Assembly (NCBI RefSeq): GCF_009914755.1
Contig: NC_060933.1
Length of the DNA stretch: 64,000 nt
From: the human T2T-CHM13v2.0 reference genome, Homo sapiens
Strand: one strand, 5' to 3'
Part shown: positions 18,456 through 39,554 of the stretch, piece by piece
How the letters are laid out: the number at the start of each line of letters is the position of its first letter
Numbering within the stretch: position 1 is the stretch's first letter
The notes under the pieces: generated by a model
Told to the model about the DNA's origin: nothing
Database searches by the model: none
Seen by the model: only the letters and a program-made list of their open reading frames with translations
Translations under genes and position numbers: made by a program

Positions 18456-19589
18456 AAAATGCGTTTCTTTTCCTTGATATAAATGTATTATCTGTACTAC
18501 TATGAATACTGAAATGCCATAATTGAGGCTTTTTTTTTAACTTTGCAAATGGAATAAAGGAGAGAAGGAAGGATGAGAGTCTCCTGAGATATTTAGATAA
18601 ATGTTAGAGAAAAGAAAAGATTCAAGTTGATATTCTGATAAACCTGATAAATCACATGGACAAATCTGACATTTATGCGAGTAAACGAAATGGAAAACAA
18701 TATAACTGGGTGTAAATAAAGAAGGAGATAAAAAAATACGAAGTTAAATAGTCCCTCATATTGGTCACAAGGCCAAATCAGCTGGCTCAGAATGTCATTT
18801 ACTGCAGAAGGCCTCACTGAATTTCCTCCTTTAAGGAATGACTTTGTTCCTAGGAAATCTACACTAGTGTATAGAAATAAAGGGGCATACTGTCTGCATC
18901 TTGCTCTTAGATAATTCAGAAAAATGTGTGTGTATATCTATATCAATACCTATCTAGAATAAACAAGTGTGATGAAATGTTAACAATTGATAAACCTGGG
19001 TAAAGGGTAGGTATATGGGAGTTCTTTGCATATTTTTTCAACTTTTATGCACATGCGAAATTATCTGCAAGTGAAAATGTTTGTAAAAATTAAAAAACAT
19101 ACCATTTCAAAACAGGCTGTATTTATATAAGAAGTGCCCAATGTTTTTGCTTAATTTCTTTGTGGTAAGATTTTAGTCTTCCAGGAAAAGTTTCATATTG
19201 GTTATTATTGTGAAAAATAATGAAGTGGTCTGCTTCTAATTTTTCTAAGTTCCCTTTTGAATAACTAAGCATCTACACCAAATTAAAGATACTTCTCTAT
19301 AATTTTTCAAAATTCAAAAAGGATGTCTCATAAAGTAAGAAAATAAACTGTGGTTTGTTCCTCCATTGTTGTTAATTTGCAATGTCCCACTTATCTCTGA
19401 TGGGATATCAGTAAATTTACTTGCCTTATTGTACTTGTTCCTTGATGTATTTCTAATGATTAATTAGAAATAATTACACATTTGTCCACTTTGGAAAGTA
19501 ATGGACGTGAAGGGGGTGTGTGTGTGCACTTGTATGGACTCACACATGCATAGGTACACACACACGTATTGTGTTTTCTTGTTTTGTTT

Positions 19590-21200
<1,611 letters not shown>

Positions 21201-22568
21201 TGTTTAGAAGTATTTTTAAAGAATTATTGCACTTCTGTTCGGATAGAAAAACAAAAATACATTTTAAGAATATATATTTATATGTATGAAAATATAAAAT
21301 TTTGAAAAGTTGAATATTTCAAGCCAATTATGTAGATGTCCTTGTCCTTCCCTGAGCTGCTGACTCACGTTCCATGAAGCGGGATGGGTCTCACGGGCCT
21401 GTCAGGATGCAGGCTGTGATGTGAAGGCCGCTCGACGCTCACAGGATTGGACGGGTTTGTGAAGGAATTTGCAGCGAGGCTTAGCTCCTTAACATTTCCT
21501 TTGAGCAACATCAGTGCTTTTGACGTTTTGCACTACTGTATAAAACTGTAAGTGTATGCAGAGATGTATGTTTCTGAATAAATCACAAAATTGACAAGCA
21601 ACTGCCATGCATTGTTTTTTGTATCATAGCTTACTGATAAAGTACAGACTGCAACATTTACTTATTCAAATACCTTTAAAGATCTGGTATTTTTTTGCTT
21701 CTACTTCCCAGGAATTTGACCTCAGGGACATTTTCTATTATTTCCATATCTATTGAAATGAACTCAAATCAAAAATGAGGATGTTTCATTATACATTTAA
21801 AATGTGAGTTTTCCCATTTAAAGTCACACAAACTGAGGTTACTATGAAAAAGATTTAAAATTGTGCAGAATGAATCACTGAAAAATTAGTTTATTCTAAA
21901 GATCATATATTCAGAGTAAATATATTTAAATTTTATTACTTTCAGAGTAAATATATTTAAATTTTATTCAATTTACTCTTTGTCAGCAAATTAGTGAATA
22001 ACATTACTGATATCTTAGATGTTTGTGGACAGAAAGAGAATAGAGGTAAACATCATGACCCTCAAAGAGCTCAAAATCCTAAGATTTTTATGGGCAGCCC
22101 CAGAGGTATAAAATTCAAAAGGACATTACTTCTCCATTCCTGATTAGGTATGCAATGTTCTGGGATTATGCATGGCTCTCGGATCCTTGAGAGTAATAAT
22201 GACAGTGATCTCTGAATTAACATAGTTCAACTTTTATAATAATTATGGCCCTCAACCATGTGAAGTTTGTGGAGCACTGAGATTTCTTGGGGCGATTTTG
22301 TAATAGCTAATTCTTAACAGCAATGTTATTTCAGGCTTTTTGGCCATTCCCTGTTACAACTGCTGATCTTTTATTCCTATAATGGTACAGAATTCTTTGA
22401 GAAAAATAAATTCATCTTTTCATTCATTTAAGGAAAAATTGTCAGCACGAGCCTATGGCTATAATGTTCTCCATCATTTAAAGAATAAAAGGAATAATCT
22501 GGTTGAAATTGAATTATCTAAGCTTATATATGGTTTTGATTCAATGGTTAACGTGCATTTTTAACAAG

Positions 22569-25339
<2,771 letters not shown>

Positions 25340-25662
25340 AGATGTGAGTGCATTTCCAGTTAATAAATAGGTAATATTTTCTGTGTTTTCTGCTATGGTA
25401 ATGAATTGCATTACAACTTCACTAAAGAGAGAAATCACTCACAATTTGAGACCTAAACCAAGAGCTGAAGAAAGTGCAAAGAGGCCTACAATAATTCCTA
25501 TAAGTTATTTCCAATGGAAGGCCTCTGTGTATGTAGTACTGTAATAGAAAAACCTATGGAATAAAAAGAATGCATTCTCTGAGTAATGTTATGCAGTTTA
25601 ATTAACCCTTCTCTGTATATTTTTGGCAGCTGTCATCTGTATTATAGGGATAATACAATTAA

Positions 25663-25845
<183 letters not shown>

Positions 25846-25869
25846 GGAGGCCATTGTGTGTGTGTGCTG

Positions 25870-26150
25870 AGGGGTTCCCTTATTGGGCAAAATGTACAGG
25901 GTAGCAAGGGATTTTTGGCAGCAAAGGATTGTGATTGGGTGGGGAGGAGTAGTAATATTTCATGAGAAGTAAGTTGAGAAGCAAACAAGTGCTGTGTGTT
26001 TTCATTAAGCAATAGGGTCGACACAGCATGGGAACATACACATCAAGTGGGCGGCCTAACACTAAATCAGAAGTAGCCTGGATGAGTTGGAAGTCATGGC
26101 CACTGTTTGTAGGCCAGGAGGATATGCTTTAGCACTGGCTGGTTTTGTGG
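25870..26150 (-). mobile_element. ERV (class I) pol remnant, RT connection/tether region
   Basis: Frameshifted minus-strand peptides AKAYPPGLQTVA, DLVLGRPLDVYVP, STLLLNENTQHLFASQLTSHEILLL resemble gammaretrovirus-like pol. Confidence 0.6.
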
Positions 26151-26439
26151 GAAAACAGAGAGAAAGACATGGCTGAGTCTCAGGGTGCTCAGAGAAGGCC
26201 ACAGCCTTGGGGTGCCGTGGTGACCACAAACACTTCCCCCATCCCATACCAATCTTTAAGAGCCTTTTCCTCCTTAAAGGCCTGTCACTTAGCAAAGAGC
26301 TTTCAATGAACCCTCCCCTCTGGGCCACTTGTTGGATTGCAGCCAATCAGTGATGGAGGGCTGGACACAACTGTGGGATGCTGTGATTTGGTTTGGCTCC
26401 TGGGTCTAGAGTGCTCTGGGGTCCACTGTACTTCTGGGA

Positions 26440-26924
26440 TAAAACGCCAAGGCCATGACTCTCTTGCTAATTTACAAACAAAAGATTGAGGGCTAGCTAA
26501 ACAAGGACAGAGAGGAAGCAGCTTTCTGTAAGACACACCCACCAGTGTGCCCTGTCAGTTTACCATTGCCATGGCAACACTCAGGCATTACCACCCCTTT
26601 CAGCAACAATGACCTGATGACCCAAAAATTACCACCCTTTTCCTAACAATTTCTGCACAAACCACCCCTGAATCTGCATGTAATTAAAAGTAGGTATACA
26701 TATGACTGCAAAACTGGGCTCAGCCACTACTCTCGGCACCCTGCCTATGGGGCAACCCTGGGAGCAGTCACTGAGCTGTGACCCCACAGGAGCTGCAACA
26801 GTGTTGCTTTGATAAAGGTGTTTTCTTCCACCTTACCACTGGCTCGCCCTTGAATCCTTTCCTGGGTGAAGCCAAGAACCCTTGCAGGCTAAGCCCCACT
26901 TTGGGGTTTGCCTGCCCTGCATCA
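26440..26924 (+). mobile_element. ERV1 LTR (MER4/MER41 group)
   Basis: ttgccatggcaac motif and 3' end gccaagaaccc...ctgccctgcatca; 5' boundary uncertain. Confidence 0.7.
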
Positions 26925-29375
26925 GCATCAGGTTTGTTTTTTAAACTTGTAAAATAGTTTTTGTGATTCTGTCATGTATTTTGCAGTCATGAACTAACAT
27001 ATTTTTTCCTCAATTGTCAGTTGCAGTTTCCTCAAAGATCATTATAAATACTCCTTAACCTACAAAGTTTGGCAGTCACAGCCTGCTCTTCGAGGAACAG
27101 CCTGACTCACCATCAAGTGGCTCCTCAGGTGGTTTTACTTCCCATGTTTCCCATGTGAGGTACTATGCCTCAGTGATTCCTGGCAAAACTAGGATTCTCT
27201 GTTAGTATTGTGCTAACTTTGGAGTGAGTTTCTTTTGGTGAGTAATAATTTTAGTCAATGATACTACTGATTATTTTATCTTTTTTTAGGCTTATGATGA
27301 ATGCTTGATTTATGATTAATACGTTTTTCACTTTTACACATTTCAAGGAAGGAAACAAGAACAGACAGAAACACAACATACTTCATGAAACCACATTTTA
27401 GCATCCTGGCCGAGTATTCATCACTCAGCAAGATAGAGAGACATAAACTATTTCCAGCAAGAATACTTCATAAATGATGAATAGAAGAAAAATAGAAGTC
27501 CTAAAAATCTTGCAGAACTGTCTTAATTTACTAATATATTTACACTGTATCCTAAGTCACTCTCTAGCTTCTTGCTCTAAGCATATGAAATGTAAGAGCT
27601 AATGGGAACCCCAGTGCCTGTATAAATAACAAGAACCAGCATGTCTTTATTTATGGCAGGGAACACTCTACAACCTGGGACAAATGCCACTCTGCTTCAG
27701 TTTGGGGAAGCTCCTCACTTTACCATCCTGACGTTGAATAAATGATTCAAAGGCAACTACAGATGCAACCTGAGCCACTGGATGGGCTTTTGTAAATAAA
27801 GTTATCTCACCTGGCATTCATTACAGAGAAAACAAGAAATAAGGCACTACATGTCATATTTGTCTAGATCCTATACCTATTTAGGTTCACATTAAAATGA
27901 AGAGAAAACAACATAGGCTGAGAATCAGAAAACCTGAACTCTGTCCCAGCTCAGCCACTGGCCACAGGGAATTAACCAATCTCTTTGAACGTCAGTTTCT
28001 TCATTAAGCATCGTAGAGAATGTCAAAACCAACTTTATAAATACTGTCATTCCAAAACCACACAATTCAAATATAAATAATCTTTATAAGGTAAAACAAA
28101 AATGTACATAATACTTTACATAAACATTTTTAGAATAAGTTTATTATAACTCGATAAGCAAAATAATCCAAACCTTTATACATTTCTACAAGGATAGTCA
28201 CGTATGTCAATTTTTCGGTTTCCTCTCGTGCCTATTTTGTCTCCTGAGCCGGCCCCTTTCCAGCTGACACGTGTGCTCCGTGTTCTCCCACAATAGCCTG
28301 ACCTGGCCTGAGTCCACGCCCCTGTGAGCCTCCTTTCTTTGCTTACAACAGCAGCCTGCCTGATGTCAGTTATGGACTATTCTTTCTTTCAGCCTCATTT
28401 CAGGGTCCTCTGCCTCTTAGAGCTGCTGCTGTAGCTTAGCTAGAGACCCGCTGCTGTTGCATCATGGAAAAGTGCCACATACGTGCACATGTGAAAGAAT
28501 ACGCAGACCTTCATGTTGGGTTTTAGTTTTAGAAAAAGTCAGAAGTAGCTTCACTTGATTTCAGCTTGTAAAGACATAGGAGGGAGGCAACTGAGAATCA
28601 CCGTTGCAAAAAGCAAACATCAAAAATCACATTAAAATGCTGAAGTGTTGTGGAGCACAAACCTAGCTTTATTGGATCAAGCATTCGTGAGAGTTCTTCT
28701 ACTTGCTTTGTTATGCTTTCTATCAGACAGGGCTCATTCTCTGTCTTTTTTTTTAACATATTCATTTTTTCCTTTGGTCTGTTTAGATTATTATCACATC
28801 TTATGTTTTAAAACTAGCAAAATATTATGTGTAAGTCATGAACACAGTGTAAGAAATAATAAAATGAACACTGATGTACACATTACCTGCCTAAGAATCA
28901 AAAACTACCCATATTTTTAGAGTCCTTAACACTGTCCTGTTAATTAGTCCCATTTCTTGCCTTTATAATTTTGCCAAAATAAATGCATTAGTAAAGGACA
29001 TTGAACATTATTGTTTTACATGTTTTTCAGTTTAAACAAATGGGATCACACTGAATATATTTTTCTGAAATTGCTTTTTGGTTCAATATTAAATTTGTAA
29101 GATTCATTCTTATGATATGTTTATCTGTACTTTCTGTGCATTGATTTAGAGTATTCCATCACAGGATAATACTATAATGAGCATTCCATTTTATTAGATT
29201 GGGGTTATTATCCATTTTTTTCTGTTACAAAAAGTAGATGTCCTTTTCTTGTATGAGTCTCCTGGACATAAGAGTTAGATTTTCTCTAAGGTATAAACCC
29301 AACATTCAAATCATTGTGTCAAAAGATTTGTACACTAAGTTAAAATGAACTGTTTTCCGATTTATGCTCCCATGA

Positions 29376-29734
<359 letters not shown>

Positions 29735-30294
29735 AGTATCACACTTTTTAACATTAGTTAACTTGGTTTGTCATTGGAATTTTAATCTGCATTTTTTAGA
29801 AGTACTGAATCAAGAAAAAAATCAAGTAATGAAAAAAATGTTATTTTAGTAAATAAAAATGCTATAAAGACAATAAAGCAAGTGAACGTAGTCAAAAGCG
29901 GAGAGGGGCTACTTCATTTTGATAGTCAAAGATGGCCTTGCTGGTCATCTGAGTTGAGAGGTGGCTGGCAAGATGAGAAGAGATGTTAAGTAGCTGTGGA
30001 AGGGGCCTGCTGGCACAGGGCATGCTCTAAGGCCCTGAAAAGAGGCAAACATTCTTTCCCTCTAAATACCTGAACTAAGTAAAAACAGTCCTGGCTTTGC
30101 ACATTTGAATATGCACAGGTTTAATTAACATAGTTTAGTTAAATAGCACTAGTCTCCCAAAAACGTGGTTACAATTTCAGTTACCACAATATGCTAACTG
30201 TGAGCAACTGCATAAAATCCAAACTTCGTTCCCAGCTCTTAATTCCACAAATGCCTATGTGAGTAAATAACAGGCAAGCATCATGATTAGGGAC

Positions 30295-30760
30295 TGTATT
30301 AATCTTGTGGGGATGCTGCAACAAAGTATGAAAAGCCGGGTTGCTTAAAACAACAGAAATGTATTGACTCGTAGTTGTGGAGGCTAGAAGTCAGAAATCA
30401 ATGTGTTGGCAGGTTCACGCTCTCTGCTGGCTCTAGGGGAGAATCCTTCTTCCCCTCTCCTTCCTGTTTGGGTTTGCCAGCCATCCTTGTTGTTGTCTGA
30501 TCTATAGATATATCACTCTGTTTTCTCTATGTGTCTTCACATCGTCTTTTTTTGTGTGTGTGTCTGGAGCTGTATCCAAATTCTCCTTTATTATAAGACA
30601 CCAGTTAGTCTATTGGATTAGGACCCACCCTAATGACCTCATTTTAACTTGAGAACCTCTGTAAATGTGCTATTTCCAAATAAGATCATATTATTTTGAG
30701 ATATTGGGGATTAGGATTTCAAATATATCTTTTTAGGGGGACACAATTCACTTCCTTCAA
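30295..30760 (-). mobile_element. MLT1 (B/C/D-like) MaLR LTR
   Basis: ttaaaacaacagaaat...ggaggctagaagtc...taatgacctcattttaactt...ggggacacaattca. Confidence 0.85.
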
Positions 30761-31368
30761 AGCCTGTCAGTGACTGCTCACTGTGCATCTGCTAGTTTGC
30801 ACACAGACAGCAAAGTCTGCAATCGTGTTGACTCCTTGTCTCCCAGTGAGAAACCCATGTGACATTTATAAATATGAATAATCAGAAGAAAAAACTGGTC
30901 AACAACCATTGATGTGCAGCAAAGAAATAAAAAATGTGATAACCCTGGAAGTGTATTCAAATACAATGTAAATGGAATCATAGAATTGGCTCACCACAGG
31001 AAATGCAGCAAGAGGAACTCGGCGCAACGCAGTGTTCTGACATAAATGAGGAACGCAGCTGTGATGAAAAGGATGAAGAAGCCCCAGAGGAAGTGATGCC
31101 GGCAAAGACAGCAACAAACTTCATATTAAAGGAACTCTTGTAGATATTGCATGACAATGTTGACAATGTTAGATGCTGTTCCGAAAACAGCACGACAGTT
31201 CACCAAGGCATAGAAACACTGCTGGCTCCTTATCATAAGCTATACGACAAGAGGGAGGCAAGCACTGTTCAAACTGGGCTTGATATACGTCTATAAATAA
31301 ATAAAGCACTTTAATTGGCTGTTGTTTAATGTTTTAAATTACAGTGTAAAAATGAAGTACTCCCAACC

Positions 31369-31686
<318 letters not shown>

Positions 31687-32419
31687 TTATAACCAACAGT
31701 AAGAGATTTTTAATGTTTTGGCCAAAATTTTTAAATGACACAGAACAGTCGATGTTTCACATGGATTATTTAGGTCACTTTACAGATCTTTAGCTTACAT
31801 AGTGATTTGTATGGCCCTGCACTGCTGTGCAAAGAGAGGACTGTCTGTGTTCTTAACCAGTAAGAAGGAGGGCAAGACAGAGGTTCTCAGCCAGATATTG
31901 CATACGTAATAAAATGATGGGAGAGGGAATAGCACTTTAGATATGAAATGTACCGTGTGGGGAAGCTATTTGAACAACAACAACAAAATAGCTTAATTTA
32001 ACCCGATGGAGTACACTCAGCCACCTTCTAGATGTCCCTGCTTATTCTTCAAATCTTCTCTTTTGTGGCCCCAAAGAATGATTCACTCTCTGGAGTGAAA
32101 AATAACCGTTGCTTTCTTTGCCTGGAACTTTAAACTGACTTGTGCTGTATCATCCAAACCTGTTCAATTCTCTCTTTTCTATTACTCAGTGAGGTCCAAA
32201 GGAGCCAAAGACAAATCTCTCCTGTTTTTCTTCGAAATGTAAAGATGTTGCATCTGTAACCACAGGCTGCTTTTAATCCTAAAAGTCAGCGTGATAATGA
32301 AATCCAGTGATTAATTTCTGTCTTCTAATCAATAAGTAGACATATCAATTTATAGTATGTTAGAAAGCCTCAACTCCACTGAAACAAAAAGCAAGAGGCT
32401 CTGCAAATGTTGGAGTGTG

Positions 32420-33280
<861 letters not shown>

Positions 33281-33889
33281 ATGATTGTTTGCAGACTCAT
33301 CTGAGGGCTTAGGCAGATCTGGACCTGTTGATACTGAAGTTTCTGAAGGTAGAGGAAGAAAATATAATGTCTCAATAATATCTGAAGTAGGGGTAGGAAA
33401 ACAGAGATTTAAGGAGGTGAGATCCCTTCAGGCCTCAGAAAGAAGCTTCACTTCTTGTGCCTCCCTTCAGAATAAATGGGTCATTAAATTAGTTCTTTGT
33501 AACTAACCTAGGCATGATGGTGAAGAAGGGAATAGTGAGAGGAAGAACTTTAAATAAATATGCCTGAGAGATCATACTAGATTAATGGGAGAGAAAGAAA
33601 TTTCCAAGAAGCTGTCATGGGAAAGGGCTCACGAATAATAATTTAAAAATTAGTTATTGATAATATGAATAAATCAATAAAAATAAATAAAAAGAGATCT
33701 GCCAATAGCCACACTTACAGCACCAGATAGATTTTAAATAAATTAAAATTTGAGTTTTTAATGAATTTTCTACAATCCAAAATTTATTTGTTTAATTTTT
33801 GCAACGAAACACCATTTCTTTACTTTTTGCAAAAGTAAAAGTAAGATGCTACTTGTACTTTTTAAATAAAACTAATTTTAAAGAAAAAC

Positions 33890-34026
33890 ATAATTAGCCA
33901 GATGTGGTGGCAGGCACCTGTAATCCCAGCTACTGGGGAGGCTGAGGCAGGAGAATTGTGGAGGTTGCAGTGAGCCCAGAAGGCCCCACTGCATCCAGCC
34001 TGGGTGACAGAGCGAGACAGTCTCAA
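33890..34026 (+). mobile_element. Alu right-arm fragment
   Basis: ttagccagatgtggtggc...gagacagtctc with an internal deletion. Confidence 0.8.
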
Positions 34027-34379
34027 GCTTCTTCAGTACTCACATGTAAACTTCTACTTTCCCCTTCAGATTACAGCAACCATCATGCCAAAGCTATACA
34101 CTCTCAGGGAATCCCTGTGGATTTCACTGATGACCACTTGACCAACTATCATAAAGATCAAGGCCAGGGGTTCTCAAACTCTCAACATTTGTGTGCTCAT
34201 CTCCCCTTCACCCAGAGACTCCCCAGGGCTGCTGGGCCACACTTTGTTTTGTTTGACTGGAACATAGTTTGAAAGGGATGGAAATTTCCAAAAGGTGTTA
34301 ATAGACACATAAAGATTTTTAAATATTAAAAAAAAGAAAAAGAAAGAAAGAAGGAAATGGGCATTTGTGAACTTTGGTC

Positions 34380-34800
34380 ATGAGAACGCAGGCCTCGCAG
34401 TACTTAACTACTCCTTCCAAACCCCTGTCCAAAGAGAGGACCAAACTCTAGTGAGGCTTCCAGCAGCACAAGGATGTCCCACGGATGACCCCAGCCCTCC
34501 TTAAAATGACTGCCTGAGAAAGCTCACTTGCAAGGAGAATTTACTGTTTGTTTCAGGCAAAACCTGGTGATGGGCAGGTAGAGCCCTGAATCCCCTCTTA
34601 GAACCTTAGAAAGCTTGCAATTATAAATCTTTTCTCTGCCTTTGAAGTGTAAATCTACATCCCAGAATTGTCTCCCCAAAGACCTGAGAGCTGTCTCTTT
34701 GAAATGCAAACATTCAGGAAGCTAACTCTTGCTCTTGTTGCCAGTTCCTGAGGGAGGGGAAAGGCCTAGCTTTGGCGAGCACCTTGCTCCAGCTTGCACC
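34380..34800 (+). mobile_element. MER34/MER39-like LTR fragment
   Basis: gactgcctgagaaagctc...agaatttactgtttgtt...gagagctgtctctttgaaatg motifs. Confidence 0.65.
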
Positions 34801-36641
34801 TCTGACTCTTTTATTGCCATGAAAATCAACATGTAGACTTTTTTCAAACCCAATGACAGCCCATTACAATGGAGGCCATAGCGATGGAGGTCTCTACATG
34901 CAAAAAAAATGGTGGGACAGTTTCCTGACAACAGTCCAACTTTATTCCAAGGATAAGCATGTCATGAAATTATTGGATGGCAGATTATGCTTGAGTTATC
35001 TATGGTCTTCCTTTTTCTCCCTGGTCTCATCCCAATAGCTTACAGATCCTTTAAAGGCAAAGGCCAAATATTCAGCTAAGTTAGGCATACTTCAGATGCC
35101 AATATCAATTTTAGCTATATGGGAGATCCCACTTAAGATATTGAGGACGATCATGTGTGTACAGGGCAAAAAGTATGGGACAAAGAGATAAGAAGGGGAT
35201 GGGAAATCACACCCTCCCTCCGCACCACAGACCATGACCTGGGGCAGGTCCTGTAACACCAAGCCCACCCAGGCCCCATCTAACAGTATGCCGCACTCTA
35301 CATGACCTCAGAGTTCTTTCGGAATTCCAGCTGAAAAGCTGAAAAGAAATACTATATAGTTGTGGTTTCCAGCTGGCCCATGTTAGTATGTATAGCTTTT
35401 CTTCCTTGCCATGAAAGCACTATGGGAGAACGAAGCCCGATGCTGAGCATGCTTTGCCAGGTGGGTGCTGCTGAATCACAGACCTCAGCGACTGTGTTCC
35501 ACCTCCACAGAGGCCGGGAATGTTTGTTTCCCCAGTGTGTTCATATATTTCAGCCAGTGTCTTGCACTTTGCCCTCTCAGTTTGCTTCACTTTCTGGCTC
35601 AGTGAAGCTGACCTGCAAGTCTCCCTGCAGTTTCCCTCAACAAGTGCTCACTGGGCAGCCCCAACATGTGAGAAACGGCTGTAGGGTGCACAGAGGTGAA
35701 CTAAATTACTAAAAACTATTACTTTACTAAAATGTTTCCTGGATTCCAAAACTCACCAACTGGGAGAAAGGTCAGACACACACGGAGACAACTCATCTAC
35801 ACAAATGATCATCAGTGATTTAAAGAAGGTGCAGGAGATCATAGAATAAGAACAAGAAGAGATTACTTTCCAGGGCTCTCAGAAAGTTTCTGAAACGAAG
35901 TGCCATTGACCCTGACCTTAGCATTGTGATGGAGACATTACAGAGCTGGTAGGAAGGAGAAGAAGAAGGAACGGCTGGAACACACTTGGGGTGAAATGAG
36001 CAGCATTTCAGTGTGGGAGCTGCAGACTCGGTTTTGGTGGAAGAGTTAGGAGCCAGGATCTTGTCAGGAATAATTCTGTGTCCAAGTGCAGAATCGTGGT
36101 TTGCTCCATTACTGCCAGTAACTCCATTTCTCAATCATGATGGTGATGCTTTTTTTTGGCTCTCAATCCTGGAGATTGGCCGTACTGAAGTCACATTACA
36201 ACAATTAACTTTTCAACTATTAGATGATTAATTTTTACCAAGTAGCAAGAACAGCTGTTTGGCACATAGCAGTGTGGCATGAGTATCTTGTAAATGAATT
36301 AAACAAAATATCTCTCCAGCACACACACAGTCATTCTTGCTGCATGTCAGCCTCCACTTCTCCCTCCATTATTTGATGCCGTGAAGCTGAGGCAGCCAGC
36401 TTGAGCGAAAGTTTTCAGATCTCACTCCAACAAAGAGCTTTGATTGATTCACTTAGTATAAGGTGTTTTATCTAGCTAAAGAAATCCAAGCTGAGTTTTA
36501 TTAATTACTAAGAAAAATATCTGTGCAATAGATTAATCTTTGATCAAAACTATGTGTGAAGTAGAAACATATTACACATATGGAGAGCAATATTATGGAA
36601 TAAAAACAACCTATGTGTGGCATAATTGACATTGTCTTTAT

Positions 36642-36936
36642 ATTTTTGGGGGGGCTGAAGACGCAGTCTCACTCTGTCGCCAGGCTGGAGTGCAGTGACA
36701 CGATCTTGGCTCACTGCAATCTCCGCCTCCTGGGTTCAAGCTATTCTCCTGCCTCAGCCTCCTGAGTAGCTGGGATTACAGGTGCATGCTGCCACACCCA
36801 GCTAATTTTTGTATTTTTAGTAGAGACAGAGTTTCACCATGTTGTCCAGGATGGCCTCGATCTCCTGACCTCATGATCCTCTCGCCTCAGCCTCCCAAAC
36901 TGCTGAGATTACAGGCATGAACCACCTTGCCTCGCC
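36642..36936 (-). mobile_element. AluSc-like
   Basis: Alu consensus. Confidence 0.88.
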
Positions 36937-38044
36937 TATAAATAATTTTTGAAACAGATACAGAATATATAGATAGCTTAACAATTATAAAATTGTATTT
37001 ATCAAGTATGTCACGAGGTAAACATTTTATGCTATGCAAAAGGGAGCAAACCTCCGAATTTGTCATGCAGGGTCACTAGTGGAACTCACAGCAACAGGTC
37101 TGATAAAGCAGAGGAGGGAACCAGGCTTCCGTGTGCTTTAGAGAGAGTGAAACATGAGGAGTCATAGGCAGAGAAAACTGTTTTTCAGAAAGAAAAGAAA
37201 GGGGACATGACAGCCCAGCAGTAGGGTGAAGAGGGCCTCTCCGTGGGTGCCACTGGCTTGAGCTGCTGTAAGTGGCTGTGCCTGGAACAGAGGATCTGGA
37301 TAGGAGAATGGGGAAGGGAGTGCTGGAACCGGGGGTGGGCAGGAGCAGCAGTCTGGAGACCAGAATGACCTAGGGTTTCCTCTCATGCTCCCATTCCCAG
37401 TGTTTCACGTGTGTAAAGTAGCAAGCATGCATATACTGCTTAGAGGCATCTACACTTACATACTACACTCATATCCAACACTTGCATCGTACAAAGTACA
37501 CATAGTAGGTGTGGCATGTAATAAGTTACCCTCTTATATTTTCTTCTAAAAGATTTTTAAATATTTGCATCTCAAATTTAAGTCCTTTGTCCATTTAGAT
37601 CTGGCCTTTGTGTGATAGGGATCCATTTTTGGGATAGAGATGCATTCTGATATTTTCCCATATGGATACCAATTGCTCATACCATGGATCATATAGACCC
37701 TTTCTGACTGTTCTGTAATGTTAGCCAGGGCATACATCAAGATTTCACACAAGCATACACTTTCACAATAGCAATTCCTGCTGTGGTAATTATAACTTCA
37801 CAGCAAATCTGGTACGAGATAGACTCACATAAGCTCCACCTCCCACCTTCGCACACTTTAGTCTTCTATGGGATTGTCTTAGTTATACTGGGCCCTTTTC
37901 TCTTCCGTATAAGCTTTGGAAGCAGTTTAGTGACAATGGTACTCTTGTCTTTTTCTTGATTTTAAAAGGAGTGATTTCAATATTTTTAATCACAAAACAT
38001 GATAGGTGCTGTAGGTTATTTGTCGACTCCTTTTATCAGGTTAA

Positions 38045-38400
<356 letters not shown>

Positions 38401-39134
38401 GTAAAATAATTTTATAGGCCTTTTGAGACAATCATATAATTTTTGTCTTTAATTTGTTGATAAGGAGATAATTTCAGTAGATTTTCTAACACTGAACTAA
38501 ATTTGCATTACTAACCGAGCTTGTTCATGGTTTTTATACTTTGCTAGGTATACCTCCTAGTATTTTGTTTACACTATTTGTCTGTGTGCATGGATGAGGT
38601 ACACCATAGCAAGGTTATCCTAGTATCATATGAATTAAAGAATGGTCTCTTTTTTTTCCCCTCGCAGATTATTAGTGTAACATTGGAGCTACTGGTGACA
38701 TCATCTAGGCATCATGTTTTCTTTGTAGAATTATTAATTATTAACTCAATTACTTTAATGGTATGATTTCCATCTAGATTTTCTAATTGTTTGAGTCAAC
38801 TTTGATATGTTATATGTATCCAAAAATGTGTTAATCTCACTTATTTACAAATGCATATATATGTCTTGTTACTTAATGAAATAGATCATAAATATAAAAG
38901 TGTGTGTGTACAGCTTAAGAAGAATATAAAATGAGCATATGCGCCCTTCCTTCAGGTTATGAAATAGAATATTTCCAGTATCTTAGAAACTCCCATTGCC
39001 CTTCTTCAATGCCACTCACTCTTTCCACAAGAGGTAACCACTATCCCTAACTTCCTGTTAATCATTCCATTGCTTGTCATTATAGACTTGCATATTGTTT
39101 AGTTTTGCACATGTTTGACTTTTTTAATAAGTGA

Positions 39135-39450
<316 letters not shown>

Positions 39451-39501
39451 AACTATGTATTGTTTCTTGTGATTAGATATGCATACACACAAACATGTGT
39501 A

Positions 39502-39504
<3 letters not shown>

Positions 39505-39534
<30 letters not shown>
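39505..39534. repeat. (AT)n microsatellite
   Basis: Direct reading. Confidence 0.95.
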
Positions 39535-39542
<8 letters not shown>

Positions 39543-39554
39543 GTACACACACAT

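Noticed and set aside
28100-28540. Minus-strand terminal exon (AATAAA near 28140, moderately GC-rich body with E-boxes)
   Set aside because: No convincing acceptor or ORF; the motifs are short and common.
35820-36231. Overlapping ORFs in apparently non-repeat DNA as a gene or pseudogene
   Set aside because: Non-ATG starts, no recognisable protein family, weak splice donors; a tBLASTx search would be needed to revive it.
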